A stretch of DNA of 64,000 nucleotides. It comes from Lama glama (Eukaryota). This document shows, one piece after another, positions 1 through 13,115 of this stretch (positions within the stretch are counted from its first letter, which is position 1; every line of letters starts with the position of its first letter). Where the stretch lies: NCBI GenBank assembly GCA_028534125.1, contig CM052817.1:75704001-75768000 (forward strand). Reading direction: 5' to 3'. The notes under the pieces were generated by a model that saw only the letters and a list, made by a program, of their open reading frames with translations, did no database searches and had not been told where the DNA came from. A program made the translations under genes and the position numbers.

Positions 1-39
1 CTTTTAATCTCACAGCTCAAGTGGGAGAAAAAATATATA

Positions 40-705
40 AAGCAATGGCAATACTAATATGTGGATGGTGTGTTTCTATATTGGTACAAATTATTTGGAA
101 AATAAGTTGACATTATCTTTAAAGTTGAGCAGTGTATATCTGTATGAGAAGTAATCCTATCCCTTAGTACCTTAAAAAGCTCAAGCTTATATATGAGAGA
201 TGTCTGAAAGACTGTTCTTAGGAATGAAAACAAAGCAAAAAAAGAAATCAAGAACCTTCCATTTTGAGAAGAATAAATAAATAGATTATGGAATGTTTAC
301 ATGGTAGAATATTATGCATTTGTTAAAATAAACATCTGTTATACCCAACAATTTAGATATATGTTGGAAGTATTCAGATATATTATAAAAAGAATAGCCC
401 AGAAGATTGTATACAATATGATACCATTATATGACACAAATACAGCAAAACTAAACAGTATTTTGGTTTTTTTGACACAAACTATAAATGACAAAGTTAC
501 ACTTTAAAAACTATGGGAATAGCAAACACTAAAGTGAAAAAAAAATTGTACTTCAGTGTGAAAAAGAGGGTCTGTAATTTGGTAGATGCTATTTTAATTC
601 TCATGCTAGTTTGGAGATTGGGAGTATTATATTTATGTTGTTTTAGTATGATTTAACACAGAAGTATGTGGCATACATTTTGTACATAAATACTACATTA
701 AAATA
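40..705 (+). mobile_element. Ancient L1 3' end fragment (L1ME/L1MC-like)
   Basis: Degenerate L1 3' motifs in the expected order: ttggtacaaattatttggaaaataagttg, gtaatcctatcccttag, gaataaataaatagattatggaatgtttacatggtagaatattatgc. Heavily diverged. Confidence 0.6.
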
Positions 706-2084
706 ATACAGGGTTAAAATTTTCAATCTCTTTTATAACACCTGCTGTTTTCCTCATTAGAGCAGGTATTGGCTTCAAGTGAGGGAAAGGCTGGGCCACT
801 GAGGAAGATGACAAAACTGAAAATTTAACCCTATGAAAATGACTGGTATATAACCTTTGTCTTAAGATTTAGAAATTGTTATGGTTATCATCAGTTGTTT
901 TCCCCAGTGGTCAAGGAGTCATGAGACCAGTGTCTACAGAGGGAGACCTAGCAGGTATATAAAATCTGTTCTTGATAAAAACAAGATGATTTTCCTGGAA
1001 GTTGTAGCCTTTAAGAACCAGGTCTCAGGTCTTGTTGGCTTAGTTCACCCAAGAAAAATGCTTTGTCCATGTACTTCTGAAAGCTAAAGTATACCCTTTA
1101 CATATATTAAAAAAAATTATGTTTAGCTTGTACCAGTCAACTATCATCACCTTTCTGATGACTGTGTATTAAAATTATCACAATTTAATTATTTTACTTT
1201 TTAATAGATTTACTATTTACTTTTTCTTTCCTGAAACAGAATGGAAATATCATAAGCATATGGACCTTTTTAACTTGTTCACCATTTTAACAAGATCTTA
1301 AAGTATAATGTCTGCCTACCTAGTAGAACTTCAACTAATATTTCTCAAAGAATGAACAAATCAAGACGTTTCCAAAGTAATTACATTAAGTGATTGTTAA
1401 AAGTGCTGCCTATGATATTGTAGATGTCAAACATAGTATGTAGATGATATTATTACAAATATGTATCTTCCCAAGATTTGATCACCCTCTTATTTAACTC
1501 GTTCTCATTTTATTCTAAGGTCTTTAAGGCTGTGCACATTGCAGTTTTCTCCTTTTTTCATTTCAGGGATAATGTCTGATTCATAGATGATACTTATTAG
1601 ATATTTTTGAATGTATGAATATATGAATGATTAGATGAATGAATGGCTATAGGTTAACCACATTTAGTAACTTCGTGATTTACATGAGAAATATTTCAAT
1701 TAAAATATCATTAATTATATAATTTAAGTAATATACATAGTCTTCAACTTTAATATATGCAATTTTATCAAATTTAGCATAGGATATATGCCATTAGAAT
1801 TCTGACAATGTTAAGATTAGTACATTACCTAAATAATCTCAGAAGTCATTAAATAAAACATTTAATTACATTGTTTTGCAAATGACATGCCTATCAACAA
1901 CAATAACAGAATAAAATCTACCTATCAATAAATTCAATCTCTGAGCACTGTTTAGTTAGCATACTGATTACTGTGTGTATTTTCATGTCTCATATTCAGA
2001 GCAGATGTATATATTTATGCTGAGAGAGTCCTTCAGCAATTTTTATGTAAATGAAAGTCATACATTTTAATGTTTTAGAGCTTC

Positions 2085-2205
2085 TTATAGAATTTCAACT
2101 TCACAGGAATAGGTATCTGTTTATTTTCTTCACTAATGGTAGCAAAGCTCTACCTACCACAGTGTTTGAGCACAGAGTGCTTACTTGATAAATATCTGTT
2201 GAAGA
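2085..2205 (+). mobile_element. L2 3' end fragment
   Basis: cacaggaataggtatctgtttattttcttcact...cacagtgtttgagcacagagtgcttacttgataaatatctgttgaa resembles the L2 3' terminus. Confidence 0.55.
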
Positions 2206-2559
2206 CATGTAAAAATGTCAACCAAAAGGAAGATAGCTATAAAGAATAAGTGAAAAAAAGAAAGCCAATGTATTTAGGATTGTTTTAAGAATTTAATTCA
2301 GTAATTGTCTTTACCAGTGAAATGCGATGACTTAAGGCTCATCTATTTACAATAATGATAGACAGAGAGATGATGATGGCATAGTGACCTCATGTATGTA
2401 ACTGAATGCAGCTTTATTATGTTGAGCACATAAAAATTCATTGTTGATCTAGTACTTACATATATGGTCTAGGAGTTGTTGTGAAGACTCTAAAAAATGT
2501 GCCCTCTAGAAATTTATGAGAGTTGGTGGATTTGAGCCATTCAACTGGTTTACAGCTCT

Positions 2560-2770
2560 TTTATTTGCTGAGAACTTACCATGTGTTAGTCATTATGTTA
2601 AGTGATAGGGGAAGATAAATTATCAAATAGTAAATTCAGTTCCTATATTTATAAGCTTAAAATACTGAGAGACCAAAAGTTACTAATAAAATATTCATGC
2701 AAATACATATAAAATCATGACTGCTATAGGTACTTCAAATGAAAGCTGAATGTTGTAAGAGAACCTATAA
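2560..2770 (-). mobile_element. L2 fragment
   Basis: ttatttgctgagaacttaccatgtgttagtcattatgttaagtgatagggg...cagttcctatatttataagctt follows the reverse-complement L2 3' pattern. Confidence 0.5.
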
Positions 2771-5234
2771 TGTACTGTACAGATTTGAATGATATCAAAC
2801 ATCTGGTATGATCTAATATTGAATATTGATTGGACCTCAAATTATGTTTAATTTTAAATATCAGATATTTAATACATAAAAGACAATGAGCGGTCTAGGT
2901 CCATGATCTGTAAACTTTTTTTAATAGTCAGCTATTCTTGACAATGATCATTTGATGGTACAGTATATCAGCTGACTAAATATTGAGATGACCTGTTAGC
3001 AAAGGTAGAATACTCCCAATTTGATTTTTACAAAGCAATCAAAGAACCTAGCTTTTTTCCCCTTTGAAGAAAGTATGAATAATCAAACATCTGTAAAACA
3101 TGAAAGTGGCTATGAAGCAACCATTAAGTTGCTTAGGTGTCCACTGTGCCATCCTGCCTTCCAGTGACAGATGGATTCGGTGATTGAATGACAGTGCAAG
3201 TTGTCCTCATGAAATGATGTAATCAGACATTTCTCTAAAGGAGATTGTCATCAGATTCATTTCTTGCAGATGGTATTTTTATAAGAAAAATTTTGTATTT
3301 AAGGATTAAGTTCATGCTAATAGACTCATCACAACAGCTATTGCTAAAAGCTACATATGTAAGTATTAGAATGTGCTTTTAAAAAGTAAGAGTGAAATTT
3401 TTTTCCATTCATATTCTGATAAGTATCATGTCTATATCTGTGAAGTTTTCATCTCTACTTTATATATATTTGTTTTATGATTTCTCTTGGATATTGTGAT
3501 ATATATCCAGCTCCAAACTTAATTAGATAGAAGTTGTGTTTGGTGAAGGATATCTCAGGGGAAATGTAGAAACATATATGACAACTTAGATTTGTGATTT
3601 TAGACATCCCTTTGCATAATAGTATATTATCTGATAATAAGTGGTGTAATTTCTTTTTATACTTTTAAAGAAATCCCAGAAATTATTTATTATTTATATT
3701 GTAATATTTTATATTTTTGAACATTTAATATTAGAAATTAGAGCTGTCACAGATTTAGTTCAATGTAATCCTTTATATTACTTGTTAATCTAGAAAAAAT
3801 GTCATTTGAAGCCATAATTATTAATTATCCCATTCTATGCTCCTTTACAGTATTTGAGTAACGAGCCATTGACTATGGTGGCTCAGTGTCCCTGATTACT
3901 GTAAAGTGCATTACTTTTAATGTAAATTGTTGCTGCAAAAATCAATGCCTCTTACTTCTAATTAAATGAATTAATGGATTTGGGCACTCGAGAAAAATTG
4001 AAATGTATTACTTGTAAACTTTTCAGAGCTTCATTTCAATAATGAATTATCTGATTAGCAATGACCATGGGAAAAAGTTCAAGGAGACTACCTAGAAAGT
4101 AATCTGGGACATTAAAAAAAAAAAAAAGTTCAACTTTTGTATCTTCCTTCTCATGATTATTTTAGGTGACAGTACAGTTAGGCAGAATACAGACAAATTT
4201 GAAAGCCACTTTAACTAACTGCTTAGCTAAGTCAGAAATTTACAAATTTCTCCATTCCTATTGCTGTTCATTTGACTTTGGAATTTAATTATTGTAATTA
4301 TCTTTTTTTACTGAGATGATGATGGTGATATTGATACATAATTGAAGTGCTTTTGCATTTTCCTTTCTTGATCTCAAGAGTTATGTATAGAATTTAATTA
4401 GTTCTAAAGATCTTTGTAGTTTAAACATTATAGTTTTAGATCTGTTCATGAATATTAAATTTTATCTTTTTTCTGTGAGAATAATTGAACATGAACACAC
4501 TGAAGAAATGATTTCTGAAAAAATGAACCTTTCTCATAGAAATACAATTTTTAAATATATTTAGCCTATTTTAATGTTCACAGTGTTTTCTTTCTATAAA
4601 ATATTCCATTACAATTAAATTATCCACAAATCAGTCTTTCAAATTTTATTTAAAAATAACAATATTTCCTATTTACAACTATTATTGCCAATATATGTTA
4701 GGATTTAATATTTTAAAAGTATGATACATAATTTTAGTTGTATTTATGATGAATGCATTAAAAGAATCTAAATTTGCCAATTTTCATTGATTTTTTTAAT
4801 AGAATGGAATTCTTAACTTCTAGTTATTTTAAAAATGTAAGTAGAAAATTTCTTGTATTTAATTGGGTAAAGCTACAGTGAAGACAATTGAGCCCTAGGT
4901 GTTTTGAAGAAAACTGGTATCTTAAAAACATGGGCTTCATTAATACCAAAGTCAAAACATAGAATTTTTGACAGTTCTAGAAGTCATTTCATTTATTTGC
5001 TTGAATTTTGACTTCTGTTACATTTTCTCATTTCTGTCACTTCTCTCACTTTTAACTTTTTGAATAAAATATACTCACCTAAGTCTGTGTTCTAAATAGA
5101 TTGAGTAGTTTATTTTATTAAGTTGATCAACTATTTAATTAGTAAGTCTGGTTGAAATATACTTTATATTTTTGAATAAATAAAATACATTTATATTACC
5201 AATTGATGATAAATGGAAAATTATTCCTTTGAAT

Positions 5235-5488
5235 CAGAATTTCTCAAATTTCGCATTCTTGGTGTTTTAGGCTGGGTAATTCTTTATTGACAAAGTCTGT
5301 GCTGTATACTGTAATATATTTAGCAACATCCCTGGTCTCTATCCACTAGGTATTAGTAGCAGCCCTCAACCCTCCTCTGCCCAAAAAAGACCCCAAAACC
5401 CACACATGAAGCTGTGACAGCCAGAAATGTCTCCAGGCATTGCAAAATGCTCTTTGGGAGAAAAATTTCCCCTGGTTGAGAACCACTG
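5235..5488 (+). mobile_element. MER20-like hAT-Charlie DNA transposon (MITE)
   Basis: Degenerate TIRs cagaatttctcaa ... ttgagaaccactg. Internal MER20 motifs tttagcaacatccctggtctctatccactag and aaatgtctccaggcattgcaaaatg. 8-bp flanks ctttgaat / ttttaaat match at 6/8, consistent with a hAT TSD. Confidence 0.85.
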
Positions 5489-5750
5489 TTTTAAATCAAT
5501 GTAATGAGCTCAAATAAAATTTCTTAAAGTTATTACAAGTTAAAGTTTTAGAACACTACACTGAAAAAAATGTAATAGAAAACTTACCTTAATGTAAGTT
5601 TCAGGCAATAATGTAAACCCATTTCCTGCAAACTATAAAGAAAATTAACTACTTTCAATGCCTTATCTCATTATGGCACTGTTTACCACATGATGATACA
5701 TTAAAACTCAGTGCTACCTGATAGAAATATTTTGGTACCAAAGACCAAAG

Positions 5751-6176
5751 TGTCAGTAATTTTCTCTAAGAAAAAGTCATTTTTAAGTGTGAAAGACTTT
5801 TGTTTGGGATAACTGTTGGTAAAGATTAAGGGACACAGTAATAGATGGGCTCTGAAAGCCTTCAACTGTGATTCAGATGCAGCTGTGAAAGGAAAGAGTG
5901 TTTGAAGCAGTTTTCTGCAGCTAAAGTCTCATACATCAGTGTCTATCTGTCAACCCAATGGGAAGAACCAAAGTGAAGATTACCTGTTAGAGGGGTGCCA
6001 TGTTGGCTAGAAATAGCCAATGCTTCGAACTCCTGTTGTATTAAAACCCCTGGCTGAGGGATACCTGAAGAGAAGGCAGTGGACTTCAAATGCTGGTGAA
6101 TCCTGGAAGTACTATTAGCTGAGTAGCAAGTTCTTTCTTGAAGGGAAATCCAAGCAGCACTCCTTCATGACCTTCA
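5751..6176 (-). mobile_element. ERV-L class 3' LTR (LTR16/ERV3-16A3-like)
   Basis: Begins tgtc, ends ...gcagcactccttcatgaccttca. Followed on + by a pyrimidine tract (PPT on -) and then ERV-L internal sequence. Confidence 0.6.
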
Positions 6177-7098
6177 TTGTCTTTTTCTTGCACAAGACAG
6201 ATCCCCTTCTTCATTCATGTTAGGTGTTTGAGAGCCACTCTTCCAGGGTTCCAGTTGACTTTCTTCTTATGGATAAACTCAGAATTGGTGGTTACTGAGA
6301 TGAAGTAGAGCCCTCATTGTTGGAATAGTTTTCATGGTTATAGTTGGTACACAAAGTCTCCCTTCATCACTGTCCATTCTAAATACCCCTTGCCTCTGAT
6401 GGCCTCAGCGATTCTTGAGGAGCTTGTGTCCCTTGTAACTATACTCTTCATAGTCTGGAGTTGCTGCACTTATTCGTAGTCACAGTTAGGCAAGGAACTA
6501 GGGAGAGGAGTCCATGTGGATTACTTGAGTTACTCACATATTCCTCTTGGCCCCAGTGTGTGACAGCAGCTCTACCTCTTCTTAATCATAATCAGTGTTC
6601 TCTGTCACTGTGATGAGTTCTCTTCTGACCTACTTATCCCTGGACCATGGGAGTCCAAAATACCCAAGTGGTAGCCTAGCTTACATAGTTTACAGTGCAC
6701 TGGAAACTGCCAAGATACCATCCCCTTCAGCATGTGACCCTCCAACCCTGCAGAGCCCAGACTTCAAGGACAGGATTCCAGATATGAATCTTTGGATATA
6801 ACGGTCAGAGAGTTCACCTCTGCTTTCCAGATCCATGTTTTGTTCCTATGGAGGATGCAGAGACAGAGGTCTGTGATTCAATAATCTTACTACCTCTTGG
6901 AGGACAGTATACCATCCTCACAGAGTACTTCTTCCAAGCTGGGCCTTCACCTGTACCTTCAGCAGGTAATTTTAATACACTAGTATGATAGTTGCTTTTG
7001 GAATAAATGAATGCATATAAACTTATATACTATATGTACGTATGTGTACAGGCTTATTTCTGCTATTTTTAAGTAAATGGTTTCCCCTTTTATGTGGA
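6177..7098 (-). pseudogene. ERV-L (class III) internal fossil: integrase C-terminal part plus dUTPase, disrupted
   Basis: Manual minus-strand translation gives HSFIPKATIILVY*NYLLKVQVKAQLGRSTL*GWYTVLQEVVRLLNHRPL (about 7015-6866), resembling ERV-L integrase. Downstream it gives RLPLGYFGLPWSRDK*VRRELITVTENTDYD*EEVELLSHTG and, after a frameshift, EEYVSNSSNPHGLLSLVPCLTVTTN (about 6680-6470), resembling the ERV-L dUTPase region. Stops and frameshifts throughout. Confidence 0.8.
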
Positions 7099-7099
7099 A

Positions 7100-8068
7100 A
7101 AATAGGCTTATTATCCAAAATATAAAAGAAAGTGTACAACTCAGTAGCAAAAAATAACCTGATTAAATAATGGGCAAAAATCTTGAATAGACATTTCACA
7201 AAAGAAGACATATAAATGGTTGACTGGTATACAAAAAATTGCTAAAATCATTATTTATAAGGGAAATGTACATCAAAACCCCCAATAATCCATCACTTGA
7301 CCACTGCTAGATTGTTGCCAAAAATAAATAAATAAATAAAACCCCAAAAATATAACGAGTGTTGACAAGTATATGGAGAAATTGAAACCCTTGTGCACTG
7401 TTGGTGGGAATGTAAAATAATGCAGCAGTAATGAAGAAAATGTATGATGGTTCCTCAAAAAATTAAAAATAGAATTGCCATATAATTTTGCAGTTCAACT
7501 GGATATATAATTTCTAATAGAATTTAAATCAAGACCTCAATAAATGCATACATGAATTCCCATGCTCATTGCAGCATTACTAACAATAGTCTAGATATGA
7601 AAGCAACCTACATGCCCATTGACAGATGAATATATAAAGAAAATGTGGTATATATATATATATGTATGTATATGTGTGTGTGTATGTATGTATATATATA
7701 ATAGAATATTATTCAGCCCTTAAAAAGAAAATCCTGCCATATGCAAAAACATGAATTAAGCTGGAAGATATTAAGCTAAACAAAATAAACCAGTCACAGA
7801 AGGATACATGCTGCATAACTCCAATTATATGAGGCATCCAAAATAGTCAAGTTCATAGAGACAGAGTAGTGATTGCCAGATGCTGAGAGGAGAGGGAATT
7901 GGGGAGTTGCCATTCAAAGGTTATGAAGTTTCAGTTATGCAAGATGAATGAGTTCTAGAGATCTGCTGAAACATTGTGCCTATAGTTAACAATACAGTAT
8001 TGTGCGCTTAAAGATTTGTTAAGTGTATAATCTCATGTTATGTGTTCTTATCATAATAAAAAATTAAA
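7100..8068 (+). mobile_element. L1 ORF2 tail and 3'UTR (L1MA9-like), 5'-truncated
   Basis: tgggcaaaaatcttgaatagacatttcacaaaagaagac; ttgtgcactgttggtgggaatgtaaaa; 3'UTR gttctagagatctgctgaaacattgtgcctatagttaacaatac; ends aataaaaaa. Confidence 0.85.
7649..7700. repeat. (TA)n/(TG)n compound microsatellite within L1
   Basis: tatatatatatatatgtatgtatatgtgtgtgtgtatgtatgtatatatata. Confidence 0.9.
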
Positions 8069-8707
8069 CAAGACAAAACTGGACAGATGCATCTTTTAGT
8101 CAGCATATCTTGCCAAAACATACTGAAAAAGTATTTAAAAGGACAATGATAAACAAATCATTTAGGAAGCTGCACAGAGGCATTCCAAAATAAAATTAAT
8201 CATAACAAAATAATACTGACTTGGTTTTAAAGACTTAGTTTACTAGTGGTCCCTGTTGACAGAACACTCCTTCTTCCATCTTTTGTTTTATTTTTCATAT
8301 GATGGGCACACATCTGTTACTGGGCACACTTCCTTCCATGGTCATAACACATATTATCAAGATTTTTCTTGCTGCTACCATGAAGCTCAAAGTTTTTCTT
8401 TGTTCTTTCAGCTCCTAAATTAGAATCAAAGAACAAATGTTGTTTCATTTGGTTGGTTTTTGGTTTTTTTTAATTAGTTATAGCCTTAAGTTTAATGAAG
8501 TTTGGCAAAATAATTATTTCTGGAAATGGTTTTATAACATTTGTTTGTAATTCTCCAATGCACATAGAGGAGAAAAAAAATACTTCTAAAATGACACAGT
8601 GATACAAAGCAAATCTATAACCCCTTTCATTTAAGTGCTCCATCCTAACTGACCTACTTATTTTTGTAACTCTAAATTCCTCTGCTTCACTTTTTTCTAT
8701 TGATTTC

Positions 8708-9659
8708 ATTTTTTTAGAGCAGTTTTAAATTCACAGCAACATTAAAATGAAGGAACAGAGATTATGCATGTATCTACTGACCCTTCACATCCCCAGCCTC
8801 CCCATTACCAATACTCCCCACCAGAATGATACATTTATGAAACTGATAAACCTAAATTGTTACATTGTCACCCAAAATTCATAGTTGATGGATTGCTTTA
8901 GGTGTTGTGTACTCTATGAATTTAAACAAATGTATAATGACATATATTCATCAGTATTGTATCATACAGAATATTTACTGCCCTAAAAATCCTCTGTGAT
9001 GTGCCTTTTCATCCCTCCTTAAAGCCCTCCAACCTTTGGCAACAGCTGATATTTTTACTGTCTCCATAGTTTTGCCTTTTCTAGAATGTCATATAGTTGG
9101 AATCACACAGTATGTAGCCTTTTCAGATTGGCTCCTTTTTGTTAATATGCATTTAAGACTTCTTCATGTCTTTTTATGGCTTGATAGCTTTTTAGCACTG
9201 AATAATATTCCATTGTCTACATGCACCACAGTTTATTTATCCAGTCAGCTACTGAAGGGCATCTTGATTGATTCCAAGGTTTGGCATTTATGGATAAAGC
9301 TGCTATAAACATCATGTGTGGATTTTGCATGCATATACTTTGCATAAATACCAAGGAGTGAGATTGCTGGATCTTCGGATAAAATTTTGTAGAAAAACCA
9401 CCAAAGTATCTTACAGAGTGGATATACCATTTTGCATTCCCACCAGAAATAAATGAAAGGTTTCTGTTGCTCCACAATCTCACTCAGCATTTAGTGTTGA
9501 CATGGTTCTGATTTTTGTCATTGTAGTAAGTATGTAGTGGTATCTCATTGTTGTTTTAATTTGCATTTTCTTGAAAATTTGATGTGAAACAGTTTTTCGT
9601 ATGCTTAATTTTTTTCCATATATCTTCTTTGGCAAGTTATCCTTTAAGGTTTTTGACCC
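8708..9659 (-). mobile_element. Older L1 (L1MC-like), 3' portion, interrupted by a young L1
   Basis: Starts tttttagagcagttttaaattcacagc, an L1MC-type 3' end on -. Reverse-complement ORF2 C-terminus; track ORF 9245-9490 contains PAISLLGIY. Confidence 0.8.
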
Positions 9660-12600
9660 TTTTTTTTTTTTTAGTTTTATTTTATTGAGTTATAATCAGT
9701 TTACAATGTTGTGTCAATTTCCGGTGTAGAGCACAGTTTTTCAGTTATACATGAACATACATGTATTCATTGTCACATTCTTTTTCACCGTAAGCTACCA
9801 CAAGATCTTGTATATATTTCCCTGTGCTATACAGTATAATCTTATTTATCTATTCTTTATATACCTGTCAGTATCTACAAATTTTGAACTCCCAGTCTGT
9901 CCCTTCCCACCTCCTGCCCCCTTGGCAACCACAAGTTTGTATTCTATGTCTATGAGTCTGTTTCTGTTTTGTATCTATGTTCATTTGTCATTTCTTTCTT
10001 TCTTTTTTTTTTTAGATTCCACGTATGAGCAATCTCATATGGTATTTTTCTTTCTCTTTCTGGCTTACTTCACTTAGAATGACATTCTCCAGGAACATCC
10101 ATGTTCCTGCAAATGGCGTTATGTTGTCGGTTTTTATGGCTGAATAGTATTCCATTGTATAAATATACCACCTCTTCTTTATCCAGTCATCTGTTGATGG
10201 ACATTTAGGCTGTTTCCATGTCTTGGCTATTATAAATAGTGCTGCTATGAACATTGGGGTGCAGGTGTCATTTTNNNNNNNNNNNNNNNNNNNNNNNNNN
10301 NNNNNNNNNNNNNNNNNNNNNNNNNNNNNNNNNNNNNNNNNNNNNNNNNNNNNNNNNNNNNNNNNNNNNNNNNNNNNNNNNNNNNNNNNNNNNNNNNNNN
10401 NNNNNNNNNNNNNNNNNNNNNNNNNNNNNNNNNNNNNNNNNNNNNNNNNNNNNNNNNNNNNNNNNNNNNNNNNNNNNNNNNNNNNNNNNNNNNNNNNNNN
10501 NNNNNNNNNNNNNNNNNNNNNNNNNNNNNNNNNNNNNNNNNNNNNNNNNNNNNNNNNNNNNNNNNNNNNNNNNNNNNNNNNNNNNNNNNNNNNNNNNNNN
10601 NNNNNNNNNNNNNNNNNNNNNNNNNNNNNNNNNNNNNNNNNNNNNNNNNNNNNNNNNNNNNNNNNNNNNNNNNNNNNNNNNNNNNNNNNNNNNNNNNNNN
10701 NNNNNNNNNNNNNNNNNNNNNNNNNNNNNNNNNNNNNNNNNNNNNNNNNNNNNNNNNNNNNNNNNNNNNNNNNNCTGTTTTCCACAGTGGCTGCACCAAA
10801 CCTCATTACCACCAGCAGTGTAGGAGGGTTCCCTTTTCTCCACAGCCTCTCCAGCATTTGTCATTTGTGGACTTTTGAATGATGGCCATTCTGACTGGTG
10901 TGAGTTGATACCTCATTGTAGTTTTGATTTGCATTTCACTGATAATTAGTGATATTGAGCATTTTTTCATATGTCTATTGATCATTTGTATTTCTTCCTT
11001 GGAGAACTGCTTGTTTAGGTCTTCTGCCCATTTTTGGATTGGGTTGTTGTTTTTTTTCTTACTAAGTCATATGAGCTGCTTGTATATTCTGGAGATCAAA
11101 CCTTTGTCAGTTTAATCTTTTGCAAAAATATTCTCCCATTCTGTAGGTTGTCGTTTTGTTTTATTTATGGTTTCCTTTGCTGTGCAAAAGCTTGTAAGTT
11201 TAATTAGGTCCCATTTGTTTATTCTTGCTTTTATTTCTATTGCTTGAGTAGTCTGCCCTAGGAGAACATTTTTGAGATATATGTGAGATAATGTTTTGCC
11301 TATGTTTTCTTCTAGGAGGTTTATTGTATCTTGTCTTATGTTTAAGTCTTTGATCCATTTTGAGTTGATTTTTGTGTATGGTTTACGGGAGTTTTCTAGC
11401 TTCATTGATTTACATGCTTCTGTCCAGTTTTCCCAACACCATTTGTTGAAGAGACTGTCTTTATTCCATTGTATGTTCTTGCCTCCTTTGTCGAAGATTA
11501 GTTGACCAAAAGTTTGTGGGTTCATTTCTGGATTCTCTATTCTGTTCTATTGGTCCATATGTCTGTTTTTGTACCAATACCATGCTGTCTTGATAACTGT
11601 AGCTCTGTAGTATTGTCTGAAGTCTGGGAGGATTATTCCTCCAGCTTTCTTTTTCTTCAGTAATGCTTTGGCAATTGTGAGTCTTTTGTGGTTCCATATT
11701 AATTTTATTATTTGTTCTAGTTCTGTGCAATATGTCCTGGGTAATTTGATAGGGATTTCATTAAATCTGTAGATTATCTTGGGCAGTATGACCATTTTAA
11801 TAATATTGATTCTTCCAATCCAGGAGCATGGGATATCTTTCCATTTTTTTTAAGTCTTCTTTCATTTCCTTGATGAGTGTTTTATAGTTCTCCATGTATA
11901 AGTCTTTCACCTCCTTGGTTAGATTTATTCCTAGGTATTGTATTACTTTAGGTACTATTTTAAAGAGGATTTTTTTTTACTTTCTTTTTCTGTTTTTTTA
12001 CTTTCTTTTTCTGTTGATTCATCATTAGTGTAAAGAAATGCAACTGATTTTTGTACGTTAATGTTGTAACCTGCTATCTTGCCGAATTCTTTGATTATTT
12101 CTAGTAGTTTTTATGTGGACCTTTTGGGGTTTTCTATGTATAGTATCATATCACCTGCATATAGTGACAATTTTACCTCTTCTTTTCCAATTTGGATCCC
12201 TTTTGTTTCTCTCTCTTGCATGATTGCTTTGTCTAGGACTTACAAGACTGTTGAATAGGAGTGGTGATAGTGGGCAGCCTTGTCTTGTCCTAGATTTTAG
12301 TGGGATGGCTTTGAGTTTTTCACCATTAAGTACTATGCTGGCTGTAGGTGTGTCATATTTAGCTTTTATTATGTTGAGATATGTTCCGTCTATACCCACT
12401 TTGATGAGAGTTTTTATCATAAATGGGTGTTGAATTTTATCAGATGCTTTTTCTGCATCTATTGAGATGATCATGTGGTTTTTGTCCTTTCTCTTGTTGA
12501 TGTGATGCATTACATTTATTGATTTGTGTTTGTTGAACCATCTTTGTGTCCCTGGGATGAACCCCACTTGATCATTTTGTATAATCTATTTTATGTGCTA

Positions 12601-13115
12601 TTGGATTCTATTTTCCAATATTTTGGTAACGATTTTTGCATCTATATTCTTAAGTGATATTGGTCTGTAATTCTCTATTTTGGTAGTGTCTTTGCCTGGT
12701 TTTGGTATTAGAGTGATAGTCGCTTCATAGAATGAATTTGGGAGTATTCCCTCCTTTTCAATCTTCTGGAAGAGTTTGAGAAGGACTGGTATGTGTTCTT
12801 CTTTGTATGTTTGGTAGAATTCCCCAGTGAAGCCATCATGTCCTGGAGTTTTATTTGTAGGGAGGTTTTTTATTGCTAATTTGATTTCATTTCTAGTGAT
12901 TGGTTTGTTCAAGTGGTCAATTTCTTCTTGATTTAGTCTTGGTGGACTGTATTTTTCCAGAAACTTGTCCATCTCCTCTAGGTTATCCATTTTGTTTCCA
13001 TATAGTTGTTCATAGTATTCTCACATGATATTCTGTGTTTCTATGCTATTAGTTATAATCTCTCCATTTTCTTTTCTTATTTTGCGTATTTGTGTTCTCT
13101 CTTTTCTCTGTGAGC
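9660..13115 (-). mobile_element. Young lineage-specific L1, 5'-truncated, ORF2 broken, spans the assembly gap
   Basis: Poly-T at 9660-9672. ORF2 pieces in the track: 12598-12990 ([27 protein letters not shown]), 12151-12567 ([30 protein letters not shown]), 11547-11795, 11112-11525, and the C-terminus near 10012-10274. TSD core tttgaccc at 9652-9659 and 13116-13123; TTTT/AA endonuclease site at 13127-13132. Confidence 0.95.
10275..10774. other. Assembly gap (500 N)
   Basis: Run of 500 n inside the young L1. Confidence 1.

Noticed and set aside
10012..10882. Five 184-281 aa ORFs in the track
   Set aside because: Artefacts of reading through the 500-N gap; the flanks are L1 ORF2 C-terminus.
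11112..12990. Reverse-transcriptase ORFs as an active or novel RT system
   Set aside because: Ordinary L1 ORF2, 5'-truncated, lacking the endonuclease domain and ORF1, and split by stops and frameshifts.
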